From Bacillota bacterium (GTDB lineage: Bacteria > Bacillota > Dethiobacteria > DTU022 > UBA8154): a DNA stretch of 60,147 nt. Made by a program: the position numbers and the translations under genes. Under the pieces are notes generated by a model. It saw only the letters and a list, made by a program, of their open reading frames with translations. It did not search any database and had not been told where the DNA came from. Every line of letters begins with the position of its first letter. Within the stretch, counting starts at the first letter, position 1. The stretch lies in contig DUQX01000027.1 of NCBI GenBank assembly GCA_012837615.1, forward strand, positions 1 to 60,147, written 5' to 3'. Below, in pieces: positions 7,863-16,122 of the stretch.

Positions 7863-9065
7863 ATCATTTCGATAAACAGAGTATTTATCCTGGTACTGGA
7901 TGGAGCAGGAGTCGGGGCTTTGCCGGATGCTGAAAAATATGGCGATGCCGGAAGCAACACTCTGGGTCATGTTTTGCAATCCAGGGATCTGAAAATTGAT
8001 AATCTTGCTTCACTGGGGCTGGGTAGGATCATATCTACCAATAACGCCGGTAATGCCGGAGTTATTGAAAATACGCTTGGAGCTTATGGTAAAATGGCCG
8101 AGCTTTCCCCCGGTAAGGATACTATATCAGGACATTGGGAACTGGCCGGACTGGTCCTGGAAAAACCTTTTCCCCTTTATCCGCACGGATTCCCTGATGA
8201 AATAATCAGTTCTTTTGAAAAAAAAATTGGTCGGAAAACTCTGGGTAACATTGCCGCTTCGGGCACAGAAATTATTGATAAATTGGGAAAAGAACACCTG
8301 CGTACCGGATTTCCCATCGTTTATACTTCAGCGGATAGCGTATTTCAGATTGCAGCACACACGGAAGTAATTCCCCTGGAAACTCTTTATGAATGGTGCC
8401 TTCTGGCGCGCAGAGAAATATTTGTGGGAGATCATGCCATAGGCAGGGTCATCGCCAGGCCATTTAAAGGTGAACCCGGTAAGTTCTACCGCTTAAAAGA
8501 AAGGAAGGATTTTTCTTTAGCTCCTTTTGCACCTACTTTACTCGATCTGGTTCGGGATAACGGCCTGCAGGTATGGGTTATCGGTAAAGTGATGGATATT
8601 TTTTCCGGAAGGGGAGTTACCCGCCATCTTCCCGGTTTTGATAATAAGAGCATAATGGAGGCTGTATCTTTTGCGCTTGATGAAAATTTTGAAGGATTGT
8701 TGTGGGCTAATTTAATTGATTTTGATATGCTCTACGGGCACAGAAACGATGTTGATGGATATGCCGCAGCGCTGGAGATCTTTGATTGTTTTCTCGGTTC
8801 GGCTATAAAACGCTTAAAAGAAAAAGACCTGCTGGTTATAACCGCCGATCATGGCTGCGATCCAACTTTTAAAGGGACAGATCACACCAGGGAATATGTA
8901 CCGCTGCTTATCTATGGGCCCCGTGTTATTCCAGGAAACCTTGGTATTAGGAAAAGCTTTGCTGACCTGGGAGCTACGCTGGCAGAGCTGTTATGTGGAA
9001 AACACACAATAAACGGTCAAAGCTTTGCGGGGAAATTGCTCAGAAGAGGGGAGGATCGGGGATGA
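7863..9065 (+). CDS. deoB: Phosphopentomutase (probable non-canonical AUC/AUU start)
   Basis: The conserved N-terminus NRVFILVLDGAGVGALPDAEKYGDAGSNTLGHV lies upstream of the track's TTG 7920. The frame opens at 7851 with no ATG/GTG/TTG before 7920. SD AGGAGG is at 7851-7856. Confidence 0.8.
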   Translation: MISINRVFILVLDGAGVGALPDAEKYGDAGSNTLGHVLQSRDLKIDNLASLGLGRIISTNNAGNAGVIENTLGAYGKMAELSPGKDTISGHWELAGLVLEKPFPLYPHGFPDEIISSFEKKIGRKTLGNIAASGTEIIDKLGKEHLRTGFPIVYTSADSVFQIAAHTEVIPLETLYEWCLLARREIFVGDHAIGRVIARPFKGEPGKFYRLKERKDFSLAPFAPTLLDLVRDNGLQVWVIGKVMDIFSGRGVTRHLPGFDNKSIMEAVSFALDENFEGLLWANLIDFDMLYGHRNDVDGYAAALEIFDCFLGSAIKRLKEKDLLVITADHGCDPTFKGTDHTREYVPLLIYGPRVIPGNLGIRKSFADLGATLAELLCGKHTINGQSFAGKLLRRGEDRG

Positions 9066-10378
9066 AAGCATTGGAGCTGATTATTAAAAAAAGAGAGGGG
9101 CAGAGCCTTTCTGTTGAAGAGATAAATTTTTTAATCAGTAAATATGACAAAGGATTAATACCCGATTATCAAATCGCGGCTTTCTTAATGGCAGTTTATT
9201 TCCAGGGTCTGAACTCAAAAGAAACCGCAGCATTGACTGCTGCCCTGGCAGAATCAGGGGAGATGCTTGATTTATCCCCCCTGGGGAAACTGGTTGCCGA
9301 CAAGCATAGCAGCGGAGGAGTAGGGGACAAAACAACCCTTGTCCTGGCTCCCCTGGTAGCAGCTGCCGGCGTTCCTGTGGCAAAAGTATCCGGTAGAGGG
9401 TTGGGTTTTACCGGAGGGACCGTGGACAAACTGGAGAGCATACCTGGCTTTAGTGCGGAGCTGCCGCTGGAAAGGTTCATCGAACTGGTAAAAGATAATA
9501 ATCTGGCAATTATGGCACAAACGGAGAGGATGACACCCGCGGATAAAAAACTTTACGCCCTGCGAGATGTTACCGGAACGGTCGAAAATATTTCGCTGAT
9601 AGCAGCTTCCATCATGAGTAAGAAAATTGCCGCCGGAGCCGGTGCTATATTACTGGATGTAAAAACAGGCCAGGGTTCCTTTATGAAAACCAGGGAGGAA
9701 GCATTTCACCTTGCGGAGACGATGTTCCGTATAGGGAAGGAAATGGGCAGGAAAATTATCTCAGTTGTTACGGACATGAATCAACCCCTGGGTTTTGCTG
9801 TTGGTAACGCATTGGAGGTGAAAGAGGCCATCAGTATCTTGAAAGGCGAAGGGCCTCCCGATGCGGAAAAGCTCTGTATCATTCTCGGCGGGTATCTGCT
9901 TGCGCTAGCCGACAAGGTGAGAAACCCCGAAGAGGGCCAGGCTGAGTTGCGCAAACTGTTAGATAACGGAGCCGCGCTGGAAAAATTTAAACAGATGATC
10001 AGTTCACAGGGTGGAAATGTTCAATGTGTAGATGATTTTTCGTTACTGCCACAGGCAAAATATATAGAAGTGATAAAAGCTCCCAAAGCAGGTTATATAC
10101 GAGAAATTGACACAAAAAGAGTGGGCAAAGCGGCGGCCACTTTGGGAGCGGGAAGATCCTACAAGGAGGAAGAGATAGATCCCTCTGTCGGGATTCTTCT
10201 GAAACAAAAGGTTGGGGACGAAGTGCTTGAGGGGGATATTTTGGCCCACATCCATGGGAATAAAGAAGATCTCCTTCAGACTGCCTGCAAGGATCTGCTT
10301 AATGCCTTTACGATAAGCGATGAAAAGCCGGAAGAACTTCCGCTTGTTTATGGTGTGGTTCCTCCTTTTCCCTGTTAA
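9062..10378 (+). CDS. pdp: Pyrimidine-nucleoside phosphorylase
   Basis: MKALELIIKKREG...DYQIAAFLMAVYFQG...KHSSGGVGDKT motifs. ATG 9062 overlaps the deoB stop (ATGA). The track start at 8993 is an in-gene extension. Confidence 0.9.
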   Translation: MKALELIIKKREGQSLSVEEINFLISKYDKGLIPDYQIAAFLMAVYFQGLNSKETAALTAALAESGEMLDLSPLGKLVADKHSSGGVGDKTTLVLAPLVAAAGVPVAKVSGRGLGFTGGTVDKLESIPGFSAELPLERFIELVKDNNLAIMAQTERMTPADKKLYALRDVTGTVENISLIAASIMSKKIAAGAGAILLDVKTGQGSFMKTREEAFHLAETMFRIGKEMGRKIISVVTDMNQPLGFAVGNALEVKEAISILKGEGPPDAEKLCIILGGYLLALADKVRNPEEGQAELRKLLDNGAALEKFKQMISSQGGNVQCVDDFSLLPQAKYIEVIKAPKAGYIREIDTKRVGKAAATLGAGRSYKEEEIDPSVGILLKQKVGDEVLEGDILAHIHGNKEDLLQTACKDLLNAFTISDEKPEELPLVYGVVPPFPC

Positions 10379-10400
10379 TTCCATAGCGCAGGGGCATTGT

Positions 10401-10420
10401 CCCCGGACCCCGGGGTTTTT
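10401..10420 (+). terminator. Intrinsic terminator after pdp
   Basis: ccccgg-acc-ccgggg stem-loop followed by T5. Confidence 0.6.
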
Positions 10421-10485
10421 CGCAATGGCTTTCCAAAGCGGCAGTAAAATGGTTGTATCCCTAGAACAAAAATTGATAAAAGTTA

Positions 10486-10654
10486 TGTAACTGCTTAGAG
10501 CAAACACAATCAGGGCATAGGGAACGGCAGGTGTCAGATGTGCGAAAAGTCAGCACCTGTCACTCTAAACCTAGTGAAGAGTCAGGAGCCTTCGCTAACG
10601 TTCAGGATGACAATCTGATAACCTGACAATCTTGCGCATAGCCGAGCAGTTACA
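10486..10654. mobile_element. MITE-like element copy C (169 bp)
   Basis: Ends are tgtaactgcttag and gagcagttaca. Flanks are AAGTTA and AAGCTA (5 of 6 identical). The interior is collinear with copy A, without the triplication. Confidence 0.75.
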
Positions 10655-10665
10655 AAGCTATTATG

Positions 10666-10760
10666 AATAGATAAGCGGATAGATAGGATAGATGAGAAAA
10701 TGGAACGGACAGGATGGAATGGATGGATGGGATAGATGGATGGGATAGATGGATGGGATG
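10666..10760. repeat. GGAT/GATA-rich microsatellite ending in a 13-nt unit x3
   Basis: gatggatgggata occurs at 10722, 10735 and 10748 (the last copy 12/13), preceded by degenerate ggat/gata units. Confidence 0.85.
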
Positions 10761-10792
10761 GAAGCCTTGCTTCAAAATGAAGCAAGGCTTCC
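10760..10792. other. Perfect 15-bp stem / 3-nt loop hairpin without a U-tract
   Basis: ggaagccttgcttca-aaa-tgaagcaaggcttcc. No T-run follows on either strand. Confidence 0.85.
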
Positions 10793-10822
10793 ATCGTTAC
10801 AGGAGGCGTTTCCTTAGCCACA

Positions 10823-10914
10823 CATAGAGCATGGCAGGGGACGGCAGGGTGAAAAATTACAGTTTGAAGATGATCGATTAACCGAAATTGTCATCCTGGG
10901 CTAAGCGAAGGATC
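10823..10914. mobile_element. MITE-related fragment D (rearranged)
   Basis: catagagcatggcaggggacggcagggtg resembles the left arm in the copy C orientation. attgtcatcctgggctaagcgaaggatc is the core box in the opposite orientation. No TIRs are present. Confidence 0.5.
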
Positions 10915-11085
10915 TTACATCACTGTTTTCAAGGCAACAGAAAAGATAAATTGGCATATTTTTACACACTCTTACGTTCTCTGTCATGCGGCCACGCGCG
11001 CGCAACAGAGTTGTAGAAGAGAAGCAGTTTTTTTGTATCATTTTATGGGCAGTGGGAAAAATAAAGCAGGAGGGATAACTGAAAT

Positions 11086-12285
11086 ATGAAAAGAAGTTTT
11101 TTAACTGTTTGTTTGCAGATTTCTTTTATTTTATTTTTTTCTATGCTGCTCTTTTTTTCTGCGCTGCCCCCTTTTCCTTCAGGAAAAGTTCTAGCCTATG
11201 AAGGGGAGATCCAATCCAAAGCAGCGTTATTAATGGAGTATGACACAGGGGAAATTTTATTTGCTGTCAATGCTCATGAAAAACTATATCCGGCGAGTTT
11301 AACAAAAATTATGACTGTGCTACTGGCCCTGGAGGCGCTGGAAAGAGGGGAAATATCTCTGGATGATCAGGTTCCTGTAACAAATTATGCAGAATCAATG
11401 GGAGGTTCAACCATTTTTTTAAGCGCCGGTGATGTTGTTGATATGGAATCATTGTTAATTGGCATGGTCGTCGGTTCGGCAAATGATGCCGCCGTAGCAG
11501 TGGCTGAATATATTGCGGGCAGCGAAGAGGGATTCGTTAAATTGATGAACAAGCGGGCAGATGAACTGGGGATGAAAAATACAAATTTTGTTAATGTTAA
11601 CGGCCTGCACCACGATGATCATTATACCACTGCTTTTGACGTTGCCCTTATGAGCAGGGAATTGATGTCATACCCCATTTATACCCGTTGGAGTACTATC
11701 TGGATGGATGAAAACTTTTTGGAGGGAAAAATAAAAAGTGAAAAGGTATATTTAAGCAATACAAACCGTCTCATACATTATTATCAAGGTTGCGATGGCA
11801 TAAAAACCGGGTACACGAACAAAGCCATGCATTGCATATCCGCATCAGCAAAAAGGGAGGATACCCGCTTTATTGCTGTTGTTATGAACAGCCCTTCCAG
11901 CGATATTCGCTACGAAGAGGCAAGAGATCTGCTAAATTATGGTTTTGCAAATTATTACTCCTTAGAGCTGGCTGATAGCAGAAAAATAATTTCAAAGTTA
12001 CCTGTAGAGAAAGGTATTGTACAAGAAATAGACGTCCTGACCAGCGATAATTTAAGTCTGCTGATCAAAAAAGGCGAAGAACCGCAGTACAGAACTGAAA
12101 TAGAGCTGCCTTCACGATTAAAAGCTCCTCTATCAATAAAAAAAAGTGTGGGAAAAATAAAAGTGATACAGGGAAATACCGTGTTGAAGGAAGTGGATCT
12201 TGAAATTGCCCAAGATGTGCCCAGGGCCTCCCTTACGAGCCTTTTCCAGAGGTACCTGAGAATATGGTTAAAATTTGGCAGGTAA
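11086..12285 (+). CDS. dacF: D-alanyl-D-alanine carboxypeptidase (PBP5 family), dacF-like by position upstream of spoIIA
   Basis: Signal peptide, then ASLTKIMT (SxxK), SANDAA (SxN) and KTGYT (KTG) motifs. It lies immediately upstream of spoIIAA-AB-sigF, as in Bacillus. Confidence 0.75.
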   Translation: MKRSFLTVCLQISFILFFSMLLFFSALPPFPSGKVLAYEGEIQSKAALLMEYDTGEILFAVNAHEKLYPASLTKIMTVLLALEALERGEISLDDQVPVTNYAESMGGSTIFLSAGDVVDMESLLIGMVVGSANDAAVAVAEYIAGSEEGFVKLMNKRADELGMKNTNFVNVNGLHHDDHYTTAFDVALMSRELMSYPIYTRWSTIWMDENFLEGKIKSEKVYLSNTNRLIHYYQGCDGIKTGYTNKAMHCISASAKREDTRFIAVVMNSPSSDIRYEEARDLLNYGFANYYSLELADSRKIISKLPVEKGIVQEIDVLTSDNLSLLIKKGEEPQYRTEIELPSRLKAPLSIKKSVGKIKVIQGNTVLKEVDLEIAQDVPRASLTSLFQRYLRIWLKFGR

Positions 12286-12303
12286 AAATAAAATTTAGTT
12301 AAA

Positions 12304-12327
12304 AAGCCCTCATGGGCTTATTTTTTT
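12304..12327 (+). terminator. Intrinsic terminator after dacF
   Basis: aagccc-tcat-gggctt followed by T7. Confidence 0.7.
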
Positions 12328-12329
12328 GC

Positions 12330-12354
12330 AGGAAATCCCTTTTAAATGCAGAAT
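12330..12354 (+). promoter_or_regulatory. Sigma-H-type promoter candidate for the spoIIA operon
   Basis: AGGAAAT (12330-12336), 14 nt, then GAAT (12351-12354). This fits the AGGAWWW...GAAT sigma-H pattern and sits about 40 nt upstream of spoIIAA. Confidence 0.45.
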
Positions 12355-12392
12355 TATTTTGCAGTAAGCGGTTATTAGAGGAGGGCATATCA

Positions 12393-12734
12393 TTGCAGGT
12401 ACAGCTCATTAGAAGAAAAAAAAACCTTATCGCACGCTTTAGAGGCGAATTAGATCACCATACTTCCGAAATATTTCGAAAGACTGTAGATAAAGAATTG
12501 GCAAAAAACGATCAGGTTCAAAATTTAATATTGAATATGGCTAATTTAACTTTCATGGACAGTTCCGGTATAGGTGCTATTCTGGGGCGGTATAAACAGG
12601 TTAAGGCCAGGGGGGGGAGGGTCATAATCTGCGGGTTAAAAACCCATAATAAAAAAATCCTGGAAATAGGAGGCCTGTTAAAGATAATTCCGGTTTGCAG
12701 CGATGAGAGCAAGGCGATAGCAAGTCTTGATTGA
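12393..12734 (+). CDS. spoIIAA: Anti-sigma-F factor antagonist SpoIIAA (STAS domain)
   Basis: From TTG 12393 (SD agaggaggg): QVQLIRRKKNLIARFRGELDHHT...LTFMDSSGIGAILGRY with the phosphorylatable Ser. The track start at 12312 lies inside the dacF terminator. Confidence 0.9.
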   Translation: MQVQLIRRKKNLIARFRGELDHHTSEIFRKTVDKELAKNDQVQNLILNMANLTFMDSSGIGAILGRYKQVKARGGRVIICGLKTHNKKILEIGGLLKIIPVCSDESKAIASLD

Positions 12735-12805
12735 TTATATTGATTATATTAATCATTTTTATTAGGAGGTGGAGACTGGCTTGTAGATTACAGGTCAGCT
12801 AGCTA

Positions 12806-13240
12806 ATGAACTATATGATGCTGGAGGTACCCGCCAGATCAGAAAATGAAAGTTTTGTAAGAGTTGTGATCGCTGCTTTTGCAGCACGCCTCGATCCTAC
12901 CCTGGAGGAGTTAAACGAAGTAAAAACCGCGGTATCGGAAGCGGTTACAAATAGTATTTTGCATGCATATGAAGATGACCGTGGAGTTATCAAGATAAAC
13001 GCTTTTTTAAATGATCGGCAGCTAACTATAGAGATATATGATACCGGAAAGGGCATTGAAGATATTGCCAAAGCCCGTGAGCCGCTTTTTACTTCAAAAC
13101 CGGAGCTGGAAAGATCCGGAATGGGCTTTACAATTATGGAAAATTTTATGGATGAAGTGAAAATCGAATCGATACCGGGAAAAGGAACAGCTATCAAGAT
13201 GTCAAAATCCTTTGGCAGGGCTGTTAAAAACAATCATTAA
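12806..13240 (+). CDS. spoIIAB: Anti-sigma-F factor / serine kinase SpoIIAB
   Basis: ENESFVRVVIAAFAARLDPTLEELNEVKTAVSEAVTNSILHAY and GMGFTIME motifs (HATPase_c). An in-frame TAG sits immediately upstream of ATG 12806. Confidence 0.9.
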   Translation: MNYMMLEVPARSENESFVRVVIAAFAARLDPTLEELNEVKTAVSEAVTNSILHAYEDDRGVIKINAFLNDRQLTIEIYDTGKGIEDIAKAREPLFTSKPELERSGMGFTIMENFMDEVKIESIPGKGTAIKMSKSFGRAVKNNH

Positions 13241-13272
13241 ATAAATAAGGGCATAAAAAAGGAGAAAAGCTT

Positions 13273-13959
13273 ATGCCGGAGTATACTGAAAAGGAACTGC
13301 GCGAGCTTTATCTGAAAAATAAAGAGGGTGATCCGGATGCGAGGAAGAAGGTGGTTAATTATCACCTGCCTTTGGTTCATGCTCTTTGCAGGCGGTATCC
13401 CCTTGATTTAATCGAATATGATGATATATTTCAAGAAGGCTGCCTTGGGCTGCTCAAAGCTCTTCACAATTATAATCCTGACAGAGAAACAAAATTCTCA
13501 ACATACGCTGTTCCTTTTATTCTCGGTGAAATTAGATCTTTTTTGCGTCGTAACGGTCACCTTCTTAAAGTAACGCGCTCCTATCACAACCAGTATTTCA
13601 AGTTGCTTAAAATCAGAGACGAATTGCAGCAGGCATTAAAACGCCGCCCGCGCCTGGAAGAACTGGCTGTAAAGACAGGCCTTTCAAAAGAAGAAATTGT
13701 CTATCTAATGGAGCTCCGGTATCCGGTTATGCCTCTTACTGAGGAAAGTATTCCAAGCAAAGATGACGACAGTTTTTTAGAAATAATTTTCTTAAAAGAG
13801 AAGTTGAATACGCTTTCTCCTCGCGATAGACAGATTATCGTTTTAAGGTTTTTTATGGAAAAGAGTCAGGAGGAAACTGCCAAAATCCTCGGTATATCCC
13901 AGTCCCATGTTTCACGCCTGGAAAAAGAAATAATTAAAGCATTACGGGAAAAGACCTGA
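13273..13959 (+). CDS. sigF: RNA polymerase sporulation sigma factor SigF
   Basis: Sigma-70 regions 2-4: DIFQEGCLGLLKA, FSTYAVPFILGEIRSFLR, QEETAKILGISQSHVSRLEK. It follows spoIIAB. Confidence 0.9.
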   Translation: MPEYTEKELRELYLKNKEGDPDARKKVVNYHLPLVHALCRRYPLDLIEYDDIFQEGCLGLLKALHNYNPDRETKFSTYAVPFILGEIRSFLRRNGHLLKVTRSYHNQYFKLLKIRDELQQALKRRPRLEELAVKTGLSKEEIVYLMELRYPVMPLTEESIPSKDDDSFLEIIFLKEKLNTLSPRDRQIIVLRFFMEKSQEETAKILGISQSHVSRLEKEIIKALREKT

Positions 13960-14129
13960 CAAGGCTATTTATTACGTAATGGAATGTTTTCAATATAAAT
14001 TTATTACGAAAATACAAACAGAGGCTTGTCAAAGGCCTTTTTTTTATCTTGTCAAAGGCCTTTTTTATAATAAAAAAACCGAATACGAGAATAATAAAAA
14101 AAGAGCAAAACCCGGGAGGGAATTTTTCG

Positions 14130-14285
14130 TTGTTAAAGGATACGCAACATTTTATTTTTTTAGTTCTGATTATTATTGTTTTGATGACGGTCTTTTCCTT
14201 TTTGTTGGTCAGTTCTCTTTTGCCTCCAGAAGATCAGGTTCCCCGACGATCCAGGCCGGTCATCATCTATACAATAGGGGAATAG
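14130..14285 (+). CDS. Hypothetical 51-aa single-pass membrane peptide
   Basis: SD gggaggga lies 8 nt before TTG 14130. Sequence LLKDTQHFIFLVLIIIVLMTVFSFLLVSSLLPPEDQVPRRSRP. No family recognised. Confidence 0.3.
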   Translation: MLKDTQHFIFLVLIIIVLMTVFSFLLVSSLLPPEDQVPRRSRPVIIYTIGE

Positions 14286-14309
14286 AAGGTAAAAAAATGA
14301 GGTAAACTA
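14280..14309 (+). promoter_or_regulatory. Forespore (sigma-G/F-like) promoter candidate upstream of dodecin-spoVA
   Basis: GAATA (14280-14284), 18 nt, then TAAACTA (14303-14309), compared with the sigma-G consensus GHATR-N17-18-CATNNTA. It is 57 nt upstream of the dodecin ATG. Confidence 0.35.
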
Positions 14310-14365
14310 TCCAAGGTTAAATTAATAAAAAGGTTAAATTAATAAATAAGAAAGGAGAGAAAAAA

Positions 14366-14569
14366 ATGGGGGTAGCGAAGGTAATTGAGTTAATTGGCGA
14401 ATCGAATGAGAACTGGGAAAGTGCGGTCAGGGATGCAGTAAGGAGGGCATCTGAAACTGTTGAGGGTATTACCGGCGTTGAAGTGTTAAATCTAACTGCA
14501 AATGTTTCCGACGGCGACGTTGTAGAGTACAAAGCCAATGTGAAATTGGCTTTTGGCGTACGCCGGTAA
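14366..14569 (+). CDS. Dodecin family (flavin-binding) protein
   Basis: 67 aa: VAKVIELIGESNENWESAVRDAVRRASETV...VEYKANVKLAFGV follows the dodecin KV.EL.G.S.....A...A..RA..T...EY...V...F pattern. Strong SD aaaggagag. Confidence 0.75.
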   Translation: MGVAKVIELIGESNENWESAVRDAVRRASETVEGITGVEVLNLTANVSDGDVVEYKANVKLAFGVRR

Positions 14570-14627
14570 TATGTTAGCGAAAAAGGGGGTGTAAACCATT
14601 AATAACGGAGAAAAGAAAGATATTCTG

Positions 14628-15056
14628 GTGGATAGAAATTGGATCAACAACTGGCAGAGGTTAAAACACCCCAAACCTCCGCTTATAAAAAATATAATTT
14701 ATGCTTTTATTTTTGGAGGTTTAATCTGTACATTTGGGCAGCTTATTTTAAACATTTACATTTCCCTGGGTGTGCCGCAGCAAGAGGCGGGAAATCCCAC
14801 TGTAGCAACTGTAATTTTTATTGCAGCATCGCTTACTGCAGCCGGAGTCTTCGATGATATTGCAAGTATTGCAGGAGCAGGTATTGCAGTACCTGTAACG
14901 GGTTTTGCAAATTCGGTGACTTCCATGGCCATTGAGTTTAGGAGAGAAGGTCTGGTTACCGGAACAGGATCGAAGATGTTCGCTCTGGCTGGATCCGTCA
15001 TTGTATTCGGTGTGGTAACCGCTTTTGTGGTTGGGCTTATATCAGCCTTAATCTAA
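14628..15056 (+). CDS. spoVAC: Stage V sporulation protein AC
   Basis: IIYAFIFGGLICTFGQL...GAGIAVPVTGFANS motifs, four TM segments. Confidence 0.85.
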   Translation: MDRNWINNWQRLKHPKPPLIKNIIYAFIFGGLICTFGQLILNIYISLGVPQQEAGNPTVATVIFIAASLTAAGVFDDIASIAGAGIAVPVTGFANSVTSMAIEFRREGLVTGTGSKMFALAGSVIVFGVVTAFVVGLISALI

Positions 15057-15081
15057 AAACATGGGGAGGAACGGCGGGTAA

Positions 15082-16101
15082 TTGCAAACATTAAGAGTGG
15101 AAAGGAAAATTGGAAGACAGAGCGTTCTTTTAGAAAAGGATGTAATGCTACTTTCTTCCGCAACAGTCGCAGGCCCCAAAGAAAGTTTGGGGCCTTTATC
15201 GGCTGACTTTGACCGTAGCTATAAGGATAATATTATTAAAGAAAAAAGTTTTGAAAAAGCTGAATGTCATATGCTTGAAGAAGCCTGTTATCTTGCCCTG
15301 GGAAAAGCACGGTTATCTCCAGAAGACATTGATTTCTTTATTGCCGGAGATCTTCTCAATCAGATAGTCACTGCCACTTTTTGCGCCAGGAAGCTGGCTA
15401 TTCCCTACCTAGGCATTTATGGTGCCTGTTCAACGCTCTCGGAGGGATTATCTCTGGGAGCGATGCTGGTTGAAGGTGGTTTTGCTAAACATATCCTTGT
15501 CGGCACATCCAGCCATAACTGCAGTGCGGAGAGGCAGTTTCGATATCCTACGGAATATGGCTACCAGAAGCCGGGTTATTCTCAATGGACCGCAACAGGG
15601 GCGGGAGCAGTTGTTCTTGGAACCAATGGGCAGGGGCCCCGTGTAGAATCCATTACTGTAGGTAAAATAGTTGATGCAGGGGTAAAAGACCCTTTTGCTC
15701 TCGGCGTTGCCATGGCAGCGGCGGCTGCAGATACGATATATAATCATTTCCTGGATTTGGAAAGAGATCCGACTTATTATAATATCATCCTAACCGGGGA
15801 CCTGGGCGGAATTGGGAAAAAGTTAAACGAGGATATCCTAGCAGGAAAAGGTTATGATATCCAGCCTAATTATACCGACTGCGGGGTGCTATTATATTAT
15901 CCGCATCAAAAAGTAGATGCCGGGGCCAGCGGTTGTGCCGCATCGGCTCTGGTTTTTCTGGGCCATTTTTACCGCAAGATGATGGCAAAAGAACTGCGAA
16001 AAGCCCTGCTCGTGGCCACCGGAGCTCTACACAGTCCCACTACGGTATTGCAGCAGGAGAGCATTCCCTGTATTGCACATGCAGTTTCGCTGGAAATTTA
16101 A
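15082..16101 (+). CDS. spoVAD: Stage V sporulation protein AD (thiolase-fold DPA-binding protein)
   Basis: SSATVAGPKESLGPLS...GIYGACST...SSHNCSAERQFR motifs. A GTG at 15097 is an alternative start. Confidence 0.9.
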   Translation: MQTLRVERKIGRQSVLLEKDVMLLSSATVAGPKESLGPLSADFDRSYKDNIIKEKSFEKAECHMLEEACYLALGKARLSPEDIDFFIAGDLLNQIVTATFCARKLAIPYLGIYGACSTLSEGLSLGAMLVEGGFAKHILVGTSSHNCSAERQFRYPTEYGYQKPGYSQWTATGAGAVVLGTNGQGPRVESITVGKIVDAGVKDPFALGVAMAAAAADTIYNHFLDLERDPTYYNIILTGDLGGIGKKLNEDILAGKGYDIQPNYTDCGVLLYYPHQKVDAGASGCAASALVFLGHFYRKMMAKELRKALLVATGALHSPTTVLQQESIPCIAHAVSLEI

Positions 16102-16122
16102 TCAAGTCGAAGAGGTGTAATT

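Noticed and set aside
8993-9061. Upstream extensions of track ORFs (pdp 8993, gpsA 39141, aroF 44004, scpB 22134, ndk 55364, fdhE 56920, FDH 57989, CHRD 52733).
   Set aside because: In each case an internal ATG with a proper SD coincides with the conserved family N-terminus. The extensions overlap upstream genes or leaders.
10953-10985. Sigma-F promoter for dacF (GCATA...).
   Set aside because: A GCATA -35-like box exists, but I could not find a convincing GGnnAnAnT -10 at the right spacing. It is not reported as a feature.
12811-13233. Long antisense ORFs inside well-supported genes: 12811-13233 in spoIIAB, 46657-47166 and 46728-47138 in aroC, 16754-17191 in spoVAF, 37692-38018 in der, and 44477-44806 in aroF.
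   Set aside because: They are shadow frames opposite strongly conserved coding sequences, with no independent motifs or SDs.
13979-14305. 108-aa ORF after sigF.
   Set aside because: It has no SD, low-complexity composition, and it spans duplicated terminator-like repeats. Only the alternative-frame 51-aa TM peptide (14130-14285) has an SD, and even that is low confidence.
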